Assembly: GCF_009914755.1 (NCBI RefSeq)
Contig: NC_060928.1
DNA length: 64,000 nucleotides
Reading direction: 5' to 3' (one strand)
DNA from: the human T2T-CHM13v2.0 reference genome, Homo sapiens
In this document: piece by piece, positions 44,984 through 62,224 of the stretch
Position numbering within the stretch: position 1 is the first letter of the stretch
Layout of the letters: each line of letters starts with the position of its first letter
Position numbers and translations under genes: made by a program
The notes under the pieces: model-generated
The model's database searches: none
What the model was told of the DNA's origin: nothing
What the model saw: the letters and a program-made list of their open reading frames with translations, nothing else

Positions 44984-45619
44984 TAAAATACACTGAACTA
45001 AACCAGCAGAGAACTTTGTAACCCCTGCGTCAGGGACTGCTTCATCAACAGAGATAAGTGAGCAGAGCAAAATAGCCCTGAGCAATGAGTGGGAATGAAT
45101 GGCTAATGAAGAACTCCAGCTTGCAAGCATTCTTCATTCAGGGACAGTGGCACCTGTGCATATGTGTGTAATTGAAAAATTGTTCTTAGAGCTATACATC
45201 ATGCTTATTGATTGGTATAAAGTAGTATATATATAAATTCATATCTACCAGTTTCAAAATAAGTTATCTTTTGATATAATATGACTACAGTGCTTACAAG
45301 TTGTGCATCAGTGCCAACTTACAAAAAAAGAGTTTCTCTCAAGTTTTTAAGAAAACCAAAAATAAAAGTCAATTTTACATGTAAACACAGTTTAAGGGAG
45401 TTATCTCTTTTCTTCTACCATTTTTGCTTTAACAAGTGAAAATAATAGTTTTCTCTGTTTTATTAAATTCATACATAGTTATATAATTATATTCATAAGT
45501 AAACATATAAAGGTGATTGTTGTACCTCTGTTTCTCAATTATCAACTCATAAAAAGCCTAACAATATTGGCTTCGGCAATCAAAGCCAGCCACTGTTATA
45601 AAGCAGGTATCAGCCAACA

Positions 45620-45800
45620 TTTCCTTCTGCAGCACCTATCACATTCTAACATAATATTGGACTTATTTATGTGTTTATTGTGTATTTCTCTTCTTAGAAG
45701 GTAATTCCCTAAAGGTCAGGTTTTTATTTATATTTATTGAGAAGATGGCATTTTCATCTCCTCAAACGGTGCCTGTTATATAAATATTTGTTGAAGAAAT
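45620..45800 (+). mobile_element. L2 3' end remnant
   Basis: AGCACCTATCACATTCTAACAT...TTTATTGTGTATTTCTC..AGAAGGTAATTCCCTAAAGGTCAGG...GTGCCTG...TAAATATTTGTTGAA. Confidence 0.7.
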
Positions 45801-45883
45801 ATTTAAAAGAATGTCTAAGAAACTTTTGAAGGTCATTCATAAATATGTCTACCATGACTGGCAGAAGTTCTTATGTGGTCTAA

Positions 45884-46244
45884 TATATCAATCAGTTTTC
45901 ACACTGCTATAAAGATATTACTCGAGACTGGGTAATTTATAAAGAAAGGAGGTTTAATTTACTCACAGTTCCCCATGGCTGGGAGGACTCAGGAGACTTA
46001 CAACCATGGCAGAAGTTGAGGGAAAAGCAAGTAACTTCTGCACTAGGTGGCAGGAGGGAGGGGCGAGTGCAGGGAAAACCGCCACTTATAAACCATCAGA
46101 TCTCATGAGAACTCCTCACTATCACAAAAACAGCATGGCGGAAATTGGCCCCATGATTCAATCATTTCCATCAGGTCCCTCCTTGACATGTGGGATTACA
46201 ATTCAAGAAGAGACTTGGTTGGTACAAAAAGCCAAACCATATAA
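45884..46244 (-). mobile_element. MSTA/THE1D-like solo LTR
   Basis: ..CAGTTTTCACACTGCTATAAAGA..GAGACTGGGTAATTTATAAAGAAA...AGCCAAACCATAT; TSD TCTAA/TCTAG. Confidence 0.9.
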
Positions 46245-46662
46245 TCTAGTTACTTTCTGACTCAATTTTGCTAAAACAGTTAAATTATTAATAATTTCAA
46301 ATTGCTCCATTCAGCCTTGATTCTTACCTTGTCAAAGAGTAGCCTTTGTGTTGTTCCCCCTAGAAATTTTACAGAGAAAATGACAAATAGAATCATTGAA
46401 CAAGTATTTATTGGAAAATACATGATACATAGCAATTAATATTCCTCCTGCAGTGTGGATCTGCCATACAAGCTGGGAGGCCCTATGTCAATATCTAACA
46501 CATGGTTAGATGCAGCATCATGCATCTTTCCTAAGGCTCTTAAGTTGGCCCCCACACCTGCAATAAAGCTGAAATTGGGAAGTTATTTGTATTCATAGAT
46601 ATAGCAGTAAATGGCCATTTTCTTTTCAATGTGCATACCCATGAAATTCAATGTTACCATAT

Positions 46663-46713
46663 TTTTTATTTTATATTAAGTTTTTCATTTTTAATTATTA
46701 TGGGTATACAGTA

Positions 46714-46767
<54 letters not shown>

Positions 46768-47086
46768 TGGCAGTACATGTGATATTCTGATGCAGAAATA
46801 CTATGTGTAATAATCACAACAGGGTAATTGGGGGTATTCATTACCACAAGCATTTTGTCCTTTCTTTGTGTTAAGAACATTCCAATTTCACTCTTTTCAT
46901 TATTTTAAAATATATAATAAATTATTGTTGACTGTAGTCATCCTGTTTGCTATCAAATACTGGGTCTTATTCATTGTAACTGTATTTTCATACACATTAA
47001 TTATCCCCACTTACCCCACTACTCCCCAATACCCTTCCCAGACTCTGATAACCATAATTCTACTCTGTATCTCCATGAGTTCAACT
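46663..47086 (-). mobile_element. L1MA2/3-like 3'UTR fragment
   Basis: TGGGTATACAGTAGGT..., AAATTATTGTTGACTGTAGTCA.CCTGTT.GCTATCAAATACT, TCTCCATGAGTTCAA. Confidence 0.85.
46719..46764. repeat. Perfect (AT)23 microsatellite
   Basis: 46-bp uninterrupted AT run. Confidence 0.97.
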
Positions 47087-47452
47087 GTGCATCAGAAAGA
47101 TACCGTTAAATAACTTATTATATAAATAGGCTTTAATCTGACAACTTAATAAATTAAAGGATATATGAAAATTTTCTGGGTTCTGTTTGGTAAAGTAACA
47201 AAACAAAAACAAAAAACAAAAAAACAAAAATAACACATACTTACATTTTAGGTGTCATCCATCTACTTATTTTTTGAAATCCAAATATAGCAGGTAAACA
47301 AAATAAACAACAAATTTGATTTGAGGACAATTGGATTTAAAAGTAATTTTGTTTCTAAAAACTCTATATAATTATATTTTCTTCTAAAAAACCTATATAC
47401 AGTTATTTTTAAGGCAATTATTTTATTTAAAAATATAAACATGGTCACCCAA

Positions 47453-47780
47453 TGTCTTAGTCCATTTGGGCTGCTATAACAAAATATCTTAGACTAGGTA
47501 ATTTATAAACAACAAACATTATTTCTCATAGCTCTGGAGGCTGTGAAGTCCAAGATTAAGATGCTAACAGATTTTGTGTCTGGTAAGAAGGTGCATTCTG
47601 TTCCATAAGTGGTGCTTTGTTGCTGTGTCCTCACATGGCAGAAGGGGCAAGGTATCTCTCTGGAGCTCTGCCTTCATAACCTCATCACTTCCCAAAGGCC
47701 TCACTCTTAATATCATCATGTTGGGGATTAGATGTCAACATACAAATTTGCAGAGGGACACAAACATTCAGACCATAGCA
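47453..47780 (-). mobile_element. MLT1A0-like solo LTR
   Basis: TGTCTTAGTCCATTTGGGCTGCTATAACAAAATA...GGACACAAACATTCAGACCATAGCA. Confidence 0.88.
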
Positions 47781-48630
47781 TTAAAGGGTTATGAAGTGTT
47801 GTATGTTTCTTACCTTATAAAAACTTTAAAAATAAATCAATAAACAAGATATCAAGTTAATATAAATTTTTATGTGTCAAAGTTTATTGCTAAGAAAATG
47901 TTTCAGATGCATATTCCAATAATCCAAGAGGTTTTATAGTCATGCATTTTTTAACTATGCACACAAACATGTATCAGTTGTAGTTCTATAATATGCTAAC
48001 ATTCACTTTCCTGTAAAATAAATTATGCACACTATATTTTAACATAGGACCCTTAAGAGCAAAATTTGACAAGAGACTTGTTTTTCAACCTTTATGCAAA
48101 GTTTAACTTCAACCTGAAATGATATTTACATTCAGCAATGTAATCAATTCTATCAAAATCTATTATACTGGAAACAGTTTCATTGAAATGTGCTAGTGTA
48201 AATGGATTTCAAGAAGTTTATTAAATGCCTCATAAGCTTCTTGGCACTACTAGAATATAATAACAGACTTAAAATGTTTAAGAGCTATGAGTCTACATAA
48301 CATGAAGTAAAATATTTGCAATTATGGTAAAATCTCACTGAGTTATATATTTCTAATTAAAAATTTCCAACAATTTAAAATCATTGGTATGATGCCTGGG
48401 ATGTTCTGGCTTCTGACCATAGTTTAATGAAAAAATACTTGTTAAAGAAGAAACAATTTATATATACAGAATTCTTGACATTGCATTATGACTACAAATT
48501 CCTTACCATAAAGTTGTTAACACAGTTGTTTAGATCATCTGAAGCACTATTAACATCACCATTGTTGTAGAAGTTGAATTAGGGTCTGTTATATACAAAC
48601 TTAACATCTAATTTAGTAATGAAGCATTTT

Positions 48631-51600
48631 TTTTCTTTTATTTTAAATAAAGGGGTTACATGTACAGATGTGTTACGTGGGTATATTGCACTCAGATAGT
48701 GAGCAAAATACCCAATACATAGTTTTTCAACCCTTGCCTTCCTCCTTCTCTCAACACTAGTAGTTCACAGTGTCTATTGTACCTACGTTTATGTCCATGT
48801 GTGCTCATGGTTTAGCTCCTGCTTGTGAGAATATGTGGTATTTGGCTTTGTGTTCCTGAGTTAGGTCACATAGGATTATGACCTCCAGCTCCATCTGAGT
48901 TGCTGCAAAGGATATGATTTCATTTTCTATGGTTGCATAGTATTCCATGGTGTATAAGTACCACATTTCTTTATCCAATCCACCATTTATGGGCATGTAG
49001 ATTGATTTCATATCTTTGCTATTGTGAATAGTACTGCGTTGAATATATAAGCGCATGTATCTTTTTGTTATAATAATCTATTTTTCTTTGGGTAGATGTC
49101 CTATAATGGGATCTCTGGGTTAAATGTTAGCTCTGTTTTAAGTTCTTTGAGAAATCTCCAAACTGCTAATGTACATTTCCACTAACAGCATATAAGCATT
49201 CCCTTTTCTCTTCAGCCTCACTAGTATCTGTTGTTTTGACTTTTTGATAATAGCTGACTGGTGTGAGATAGTATCTGATTGTAGTTTTGATTTGCATTTC
49301 TCTGATGATTAGTAATGATGAGCATTTTTCATATGTTTATTCTTTGCCCAAATTTTAATGGGGTTATTTGCTTTTTGTTTGTTGATTTGGTTAAGTTCCT
49401 AATAGATTCTGGATATCATTCCTTTGTCAGATGCATAGTTTGTGAATACTTTCTCCCATTCTGGAGGTTGTATGTTTACTCTATTTATAGTTTGTTTTAT
49501 CAGGCAGAAGTTCTTTAGTTTAATTAGTTCCTACTTGCCAATATTTGTTTTATTACAACTTATTTGCAGACTTAGCCAAAAATGATTTGCCAAGGCTGAT
49601 GTCAAGAAGGGTATTTCCTAGGTTTTCTAGGATTTTTATAATTTCAGGTCTTACACTTAAATATTTAGTTCATCTTCAATTAATTTTTTATATGAGGAAA
49701 GGTAGGGGTCCAGTTTCAATCTTCTACACATGGTTAGCCAGTTATCCCTGCATCATTTATTAAACAGAGGGTCCTTTCTTCATTGGTTGTTATTGTTAAC
49801 TCTGTTGAAGATAAGATGATTGTAGACATGTGACTTTGCTTCTGGTTTCTCTAACATGTCCCTTTGGTCTGTATATCTGTTTCTGTACCAGTACCATGCT
49901 GTTTTGGTTACTGTAGCTTTATAATATAATTTGAATTTGGGAAGTGTGATGCTTCCAGTTTTGTTCTTTCTGCTTAGGATTGCTTTGGCTACTTGGGCCC
50001 ATTTTGGTTCCATATGAAATTTAGAATATTTTTGTTCTAATTCTGTGAAGAATGATGTTGGTAATTTGATAGGAATCATCTTGAATCTGTCAATTTCTTT
50101 GGGCAGTATGGCCATTTTAACAATACTGATTCTTCCAATTCATGAGCATGCGATGTTTTTTCATTTGTTTTTGTCATCTGTGATTTCCTTCAGTAGTGTT
50201 TGGCAGTTCTTGTAGAGACCTTTCACCTCCTTGGCTAGCTGTATTCTTAGATATTTCTTTTTCTTTGTGGCTATTGCAAGTAGGATTCCAATCTTGATTT
50301 CACACTCAGCCTAGACATTGTTTGGGTATAAAAATGCTACTGATTTTCCTACATTGCTTTTGTATCCTAAAACTTTACTGAAGTTGTTTGTCAGTTCTAG
50401 GAACCTTATGGTAGAGTCTTTAGGATTTTTTAGGTATAGAATTATATTGTCAAAGTATAGAGAGAGATATTTTGATTTCTATTGTCAGTGTATAGAGATA
50501 GTTGGATTTCTTCTTTTCCTATTTGAATGCTTTTCATTTCTTTCTCTTGCCTGATTGCTCTGGGCAGGACTTCCAGTACTACGTTGATCAGCAGTTCTGA
50601 GAGTGGGCATCCTTGCCTTGTTCCACTTCTCAAGGGGGATGGTTGCAGCTTTCGTCCATTCAGTATGAAGTTGGCTGTGGGTTTGTGATAGATGGCTCTA
50701 TGTCTAGTCTGTGTAGGGCATTTATCATGAAGAGATGTTGAATTTTGTTGAAAGCTTTTTCTGCGTCTATTGAGATAAACATGTGGTTTTTACTTTTGAT
50801 TCTGTTTATGTGGTGAATCATATTCATTGATTTGCATATGTTGAACCAGTCTTGCATCCTAGGAATGAGGTCTACTTGATCAAAGTGTATTAACTTTTTG
50901 ATATACTGCTGGATTTGGTTTCTAGTACCTTGTTGAAGATTTTTTTTATCTATGTTCATGGGGAATATGGCCTGAAGTTTCATTTTTTCATTGAGTCTCT
51001 GATAGATTTTGGTATTAGGCTGATGCTGGCTTCCTAGAATTAGCTAGGGAGGAGCTCCTCCTATTCAATTTTTTGGAACAGTTTCAGTAGTATTGGTACC
51101 AATTCTCTTTTGTACATTTGGTAGAATTCAGCTGTGAATTCATGTGTTCCAGGAATTTTTCTAGTTGATAGGTATTTTCTTCATTACTGATTCGATTTCA
51201 GAGCTTGATATTCATCTATTCAGGGTTCAATGTCTTCCTGACTTTAATCTTAGGAGATTGTATGTTTCCATAAATTTATTCATTTCCTCTAGATTTTCTT
51301 ATTTATGTGCATAGAGTTGTTTTTATTACACTCTGAGGATCTTTTCTGTGTCTATGGGATCGACTGCAATGCCATCTTTGTCATTTTTTCATTGTACTTA
51401 TTTTGGATTTTTCTACTTTCTCTTTGTTAACCTAGCTAATAGTGGTCTATCAATCTTGTTTATTTCTTCTTGTTTTCTTTGTTTTTTTTTTTTGTTTTGT
51501 TTTGTTTTGAAAGACTGAGCACTGATTTCATTGATCTTTTGTATGGACTTTTGCATCTCAATTTCATTTAGTTCTTCTCTAATTTTAGTTATTTATTTTC

Positions 51601-54600
51601 TTCTGCTAGTTTGGGAGTTGGTTTGTTCTTGTTTTTTCTAGTTCCATTAAGCACAAAGTCAGATTGTTAATTTGAGTTCTTCCTAAATTCTTTATGAAGG
51701 CACTCAGCATTACAAACTTTCCTCTTAACACTGTTTTAGCTGCATCTCAAATATTTTGTGTGTTGTGTCCCTATTTTCATTAATTTCAAAGTTTTTTTTT
51801 ATTTCTGCCTTAATTTCAATGTTCACCCAGGAGTTATTCAGGAACAGGTTTTTTAATTAACATGTATTTGTGTAGTTTTAAGAGATCATCTTCATATTGA
51901 TTTTTATTTTTAATACATTGTGGTCCAAGGGTGTTCTTGGTATGATTTCATTTTTTTATTTAGGCTTGCATTATGACTGAATATGTTGTTGATCTTAGAA
52001 TATGTTCCATGTGCAAATGAGGAAAATGTATATTCTGTGATTGTTGGGTGGAGTGTTCTGTAGATGTCTATTAGGTCCAATTGGTCTAGTGTAGAGTTTA
52101 AGTCTGGAGTTTCTTTTTTAGTCTTCTGCCCTGATGATCCGTCTAATGCTGTCAGCGCATGTCGAAGTCTCCCACTATTATTATGTTGTTGTCTAAGTTG
52201 TTTCATAGGCCAAGAAGAACTTGTTTTATGATTTTGGGTACTCCAATGTTGAGTACATGTATGTGTAAGTCTTTTTGTTGAATTGTGCCCTTTTGTAATT
52301 ATGTAATGTCCTTCTTTGCCCTTCTTAATTTTTATTGGTTTTAAATCTGTTTTACCTGATATAATAGTTACTCCTGCTCTTTTGTTTTCTGTTTTCATGG
52401 TATATCTTTCTCCTTCCCTTTACTTTGAGCCTGTCTGTGGATATTGTTACATATGGGAAGGTCTCTTGAAGACAGCGTATGGTTGGGTCTTTTGTCTTTT
52501 TATCCAGTTTAGCACTCTATTCCTTTAAAGTGGGACATTTAACCCATGTCATTCAGGGTTAGTATTGAAACGTGAGATTTTGATACTGTCATGTTGTTAC
52601 CTGGTTTTTATGTAGACTTGATTGTGTGGTTGCTTTATAGTGCTTGTGGAATATGTGCTTAATTGTGTTTCTGTGGTAGCCGGTATTGTTCTTTCAATTC
52701 CATGTTTAGCAATTCCTAAGGACCTATCTATCATAAGGCTGGTCTTAAAAGAAATTCCACAAGTGTTTTCTTGTCTGAGAATAATTTTATTTCTCCTTCA
52801 CTTATTAAGTTTCGTTTGGTGAGACACAAAATTCTTGGTTGGAAATTTTTTTATTTCTAATTATTTAAGGAAGATAAAAATAGGCTCAGAATCTCTCTGG
52901 TTTTTAATATTTCTGCTGAGAGATCTGCTGCTAGCATGATGGGATTCCCTCTGTACGTGACTTGACTCTAGCTGCTTTTAAGATTTATTCTTTTAAAATG
53001 TGGTACATATACCCCATGGAATACTATGTAGCCATAAGAGGAAACGAGGTTGGTCCTTTCCAGGGACATGAATTGAGCTGGAGACCATTAGGCTTAGCAA
53101 ACTAATGCAGGAACAGAAAACCAAATACTATATGTTCTCACTTATAAGTGGGAGCTAAATGACGAGAACACATGGACACATGGGGGGAAAAACACACACA
53201 CTGGGGCCTGTGAGAGGGCAGGGGGTGGGAGAAGGGAGAGGATCAGGATGAATAGTTAATGGATACTGGGCTTAATATCTGGGTGATGGGATGACCCGTG
53301 CAGCAAACCACCATGGTACGTGTTTACCTGTGTAACAAACCTGCACATCCTGCACATGTACTCCTAAACTTAAAAGTTGGAAATTAAACAAAAACAAAAA
53401 GATTTACTCTTTTGTGTTGACCTTAGTGAATCTGATGACTGTGTGCCTTGAGTATGGTCATCTTGCATAGGATCTAGCCGGGGTTCTCTGTATTTCTTGA
53501 ATTTGCATGTTAACATTTCTAGAAAGATTAGGGAAATTTTTCTGGACTTTTCCACAAATATATTTTCTGAGTTATTTATTCTTTCTCCTTTTCTCTCAAG
53601 GATGCTGATGAATCATAGATCTGATCTGTTTATATAGTCCCATATTTCTCAAAGGTTTTGTTCATTTTTCTTAATTCTCTTTTTTTTTTATTACTTTCTG
53701 ACAGTTGATTCAAACAACTAGTGTTCAAGCTCTGAAATTCTTTCCTCAGCTTGGCCTATTCTGCTGTTCGTACTTTCCATTGTATTATCAAATTCTTGTA
53801 GTGAACTTTTCAGCCCTAGAAGTTCACTTTGATTCTTCTAAAAATGGCTATTTTGTCTTTCAACTCTTGGATTATTTTACTGGATTCCTTGGATTGGGTT
53901 TCACCTTTCTCCTGAATCTTAATGAACTTCCTCATCATTCAGATGCGGAATTCTATGTCTGTCATTTCAGTCATTTCTGACTGGTTAAGAGCCATCACTT
54001 GGGAGCTAGTGGACTCATTTGGTGGTATAAAGACACTTTGGCTTTTTGAATTTCCAGAGTTCTTGGGCTGATTTTGTCTCATATGGGAGGGTTAGTGTTC
54101 CTTTAAGTAAGGTGTAAGCTGAGGATAGACGATTCGCTTTGTTTCTGCAGGTTTTCAGATGGTCCAGGCACTGCGCAGGGCCTTGGTGGCTGAATTCTTG
54201 CCCTTGGTTTCATAGGGAGAGAATTAACAGTGTATTTTTGTTGTTGTAGCTTGTGCTGCAATCCAGTAGATGATGCTTAAGAGTCATGGCCAGTAGATAA
54301 GCTTTTACTCAGCCATGTGGCTCCTTTTTATTTCCTGGCATTTGCATTCATGCTCTGCAGTGCAGTGGGGAGAGAGGTGATCCCCTCACCAAGTCAGCTC
54401 CTGGACAATGGAGGAGCCCCCTCCAATCACTGCCACTGTACCTTCATTTATTTTGTCAAGTATTTGGCCCACAGCACTTCCTCAGGCACAGGCATTTTCT
54501 GGGCCAGCCCTGAGAGGAAGGCATGCCCCACTCCCATGGCAGACCACACAATCCTGAGACTCAGCTTTCCCAGTGCTCTTACAGTGCAGCTCCTCTTCTG

Positions 54601-55890
54601 CTTAAGTGCCATTCACAAACCTCAGCTTGGCAATTCCAGGCTACCACCACAGCCTTGGGAGTAGCTCAGCCTTTTTTTCCCTCCCCAGCTTGGGGGCAGT
54701 AGGAGTAGGGACCACTGTGGAAGCAATGTCAGAGAATTTGTCAGTTGCCTCTGGGGTCTCCAGCCTAGAGAAACATGGAACCATGGCTGATGGGAGTAAT
54801 CAACCAAGGGTGTAGAGGCTACACTATGGGTCCCCCAAGCCAGGGGGTGCTCTGCCTGGTAAAGAGTGGGGGCACAAGGGCTCACAGGGAACATAGTCTG
54901 GTCTTCTCTCCTTACGGTGGCTGCAGTGTGCTAGAAGTACAAGCAAAGCAATCAGGTTCTTTGTTCCTCCCCTAGACTTAGAGGAGCCAGAGCCTATAGT
55001 GCAGCTGTGGCAATGGCAGAGTGGTTGTTAGTTGTCTCTGGGAGCTCCACCCAGCTGCACTGGGGGTCCAAGCTGGGAGGCCCTGCCTAAAGAGAAGCAG
55101 GGGCAGGGACTCAGGACTCATGTGGAAAACAGTCTGGCCACCTTTCTGTATGGCAGCTGCAGTGTGCTGGAGACCTGTGACAATTCTTAGGCTCTTTGCT
55201 CTCTTCCCAGCCTGCAGGCAGTAGCAGCAGGGACCATGGCAGCAGCAATGCAGCAGTCCTGTCAGTTACCTTTGGGAGCACCATCCCAGAGAAATGCACA
55301 GCTGCCACCAGCCAGAGTGCTTAGGCAGGGGTGGAATAGCTGCACTGGGGTCCCAGGCCAGTGGCCTTTCCTGGTGGGGTGCAGCAGAGGTGGGGTGTTT
55401 AATCCATCTACTCCTCAGCACCATGAATGCAGCCTCCATACTAGCGGCCCATGAGAGAGCCTGGCCTCTCTTGTTGGCAGGGCTACCATAGCAGCTGCTC
55501 AGGTGCTCAGAGATCCAAGAACCATGGGGCCCCAGCTGGGCTTGAGCAGTGTGTTTGCCCAAGCTTCAGGCAGATCTCTATGTCAGTCTAGAGGCCAAGG
55601 GCATCAAGGAGGATCTCCTGTGTCCAGGATTGCAAAGGTCTGTGGCAAAAGTGTGGATTTCCAGGGGCTCTCACTCACTTACCTTTCCCCACAGTAGGGA
55701 GCCTTCTCTGGCTCTGCATCAATCTTGGGTGGGCAGCTGTCCTGCCTTGCTCCTGTCTGCACTCCATGGGTCTCTGTTGCTTCCTTGATGAATCCCAACA
55801 TGGCCTCCTGAACAATCCACTTGAAGATCTGTTTCCTCTCCACGAGAGTGGTGCACACTAGCTGCTTCTAAGCCAGCCATATTGGCACAT
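48631..55890 (-). mobile_element. Full-length L1PA15/16-like element (decayed)
   Basis: Poly-T and 3'UTR at 48631, ORF2 fragments (48805-52398), ORF1 remnants, GC-rich 5'UTR ~54050-55885 ending (minus) CCAATATGGCTGGCTTAGAAGCAGCTAGTGTGCACCACTCTC. Probable TSD TAATGAAGCATTTT (48617-48630) / TAATGGAACATTTT (55912-55925). Confidence 0.92.
52995..53398 (+). mobile_element. 5'-truncated L1PA10/11-like 3' end nested antisense in ORF1 of the L1PA15
   Basis: TSD AAGATTTA(T/C)TCTTTT at 52980-52994 and 53399-53413; L1PA 3'UTR and A-rich tail. Confidence 0.92.
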
Positions 55891-56098
55891 TTTTCCAAAA
55901 ATAAAGAATTTTAATGGAACATTTTATATAATTCTAAGAAATCTAAAACTCATAGCTGAATCCTTAATTTAGAGGCATTGGCTTTCAATAAGTGTTTAAA
56001 GTTAGTATATTCATGATTCATACGAGAATTAATGTTGAGATTATTTTAGTATTCAATGAATTTATAGCCTAGAACTAAAATTACACTCTCCTTTTGCA

Positions 56099-56552
56099 TT
56101 ATACTAGTTTTTTTTGTTGCTGCTATAACAAATTACCACAAACTTAGTGGCTTAATACAACACAAATTTATTCTCTTGTAGCTCTGGAGTTCAGAATTCC
56201 AAAATGAGTCTTATAGGACTATGATCAAAGTGTTAGTAGGGTTGGTTCCTTCTGGAGGCTCTAGGGGAGAAGCTGTTCCTTGACTTTTCTAGTTTTCTTA
56301 TCAGCAGTTGCATCACCCCAGCCTCTGCTTCCACACTCCTCTCACTCTCCTGCCTTCCTCTTCCCCTTGTAAGAACTCTTGTAATAACTTTGGAACTATC
56401 AAGATCATCCAGCATATAACCTCCCCACCTCAAAATGCTTAATTTATTCACATCTGCAAAATTCCTTTGCCACTTAACGTAACATCATCCCAAATTCTGA
56501 GAATAGAGGCATGGATCTTTTGTGGAAGACGGCTATTATTCTGCATACCATA
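56099..56552 (-). mobile_element. MLT1C/D-like solo LTR
   Basis: GCTGCTATAACAAATTACCACAAACTTAGTGGCTTAA..CACAAATTTATT...TTCCTTCTGGAGGCTCTAGGGGAGAA...ATTATTCTGCATACCATA. Confidence 0.88.
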
Positions 56553-58139
56553 TATATAAAAGTGAACTTTATTTTAATTTTAACAAGAACATCATAGTTT
56601 TTTTTAAAAAAAAGAGTTAGTCTTTTTAATTATACTATTAAACATATTGTCATATTTCAAATTAATTTTTTCCTATCTGGCTGTATTTTTTCAGTTTTAT
56701 TTCCTTCTGATTACTTCAGTTAATATGTAATATAAATATTATCCAATTGATAGCAAAGATAATAGCTATTTTAAGTTGATATATGACTTCAAATATTTTA
56801 ACTGTGTGCACCATTTTTATTGTGTTTTAGTAATAATGTATCAGTTTCTGTAAATTACTACCTTTTTCAAGGGAAGAAACCTTAATAACTCACTGGAGAC
56901 TTTTCCTTATTATTTGCAGCCAAATCACAACTTAGTCTGTACTTCAGATACCCTCTTCTTAACATGGGAACCCCATCTTTAGTAGCATAAAAGATGAAGT
57001 GAAGTGTTACTGTTAATTATTAAAACCTCACAGAAAATTCAGTTTCGTTAAAGTAATTCTATGCATTGGGTAGTGATTCTTCACAACTTGACCAAAAAAT
57101 TAAATGTAGGATTTAGAGATGTTTTTTCCAATTCAGACAGATATATGATGATGTAATGAACATTCTCCCAGTAGAGCTGCAAACGAGAAAATATAAAAGA
57201 GAACATAGCTTATTATTTCAAAAGGAGGGGAAAGTAAAATGGTTTATCAATAAGCACAGTCTTTGTAGATAAGACATTTAAAATGCAGTGAGATTTTTAT
57301 TGCTATCCTTAAAAGAAATGGAATGTACCTCCTCTCTAACTCCCTTGACTCTATCTCGTTCAAACATTATACATGGAAGAGTACACAAAGGACAGAGCTA
57401 TAAAATTAAGGTGTTTTACTGCTCTTCATGGTTCATTGCTTGCAAGGCAGCATCATTGTTTCTATTAGGGAGGAGAAAGACTATATAAGAAGCAGTCATT
57501 CTACTTGTTGTTGATGCAAAGACTCTTTGGGGTTATTTAGATTTCTGCAATTCACAATGCTGGAGTCAAATCGACCTCTGGCAAATGAATTAATTAATTC
57601 CAAAATGAAATTTAGAATTTGCACACATCCTTCCCAAAACGGCACTTGCCTACCACTCAAACAATTATCTGTGAGTGGTGTAAATCTGTGCCTAGCTTAA
57701 TACCAGCAGTTCATTTTAAAGAAAACTTTATTTTTCCAGTGGTAACAAGTTTAAAATCTATTATTCCTGATATAAGATTCCTACAATTTTAAGAATTTTA
57801 GTCTTTATTAATAGAAGCATGTATTTAGCACAACTGATATGTATAAGATATAACATGATACTTGAAACAAATCAGTAATATGCTGTATTGGTCATGTCTT
57901 ATCTGGAGTATTGTATTTAGCAATAAACCTCTTTTTTCAGTCTCGAGTATAAAGAAGAGGATGAAGGCTTAAGCAGGAAACTTTGACAGCTCCAAAGACC
58001 TTAATCCTTATAAAGAAGTAATGAAGTTTCAACTTTGCACTCAGGTAATGTTTCTGTTTAGAAAAACATTTGAATATTTATAATTATTTGCATGGGCAAC
58101 CTTATGAAACAAAAACTATATTAAATTCATATAGCCCTT

Positions 58140-58335
58140 AGAGTTCAAATGCATTTTAACATCAATTTCCTTTAACCTTCCTTACTTCCCCCAAGGGGAG
58201 ACAAAGCAATGATTGTCCTCATGTTATATATAAGGAAAATAAACTAAGGCAGATTAAGATTAGGATTCATTTGCATAATATCACACAACAAGGGGGAGAC
58301 TCATATCTCAAATGCTGACATTCTTATTCTGTCAT
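58140..58335 (-). mobile_element. MIR fragment
   Basis: ATTGTCCTCATGTTATATATAAGGAAAATAAA...GATTAAG..TTTGCATAATATCACACAAC, a degenerate MIR core. Confidence 0.5.
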
Positions 58336-58596
58336 GTGTTCTGTTCATTGGATCACAGTACTCTCTGGGAAATGTAATATTAAGGTCAGTATTTAACTAT
58401 ATACAATATGTAAAATGAAATGCAGAGAATAGAATGGTGGTTATCAAGGGCTGATGGGGACTCAAAATGGGGAGATTCATTCAATGATACAAAGTTTCAG
58501 TTAGGAGAAATAAGTTTTTGGAGTCTACTGTACAGCAGGGTGCCTATAGTTAACACTGACACATTATATAATTGAAGATTGCTAAGACTAGATTTT

Positions 58597-62224
<3,628 letters not shown>

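Noticed and set aside
45031-45170. CAGGGACTGCTTCAT resembling a MER45/Tip100-type terminal repeat
   Set aside because: No matching inverted end or 8-bp TSD identified; too short to support.
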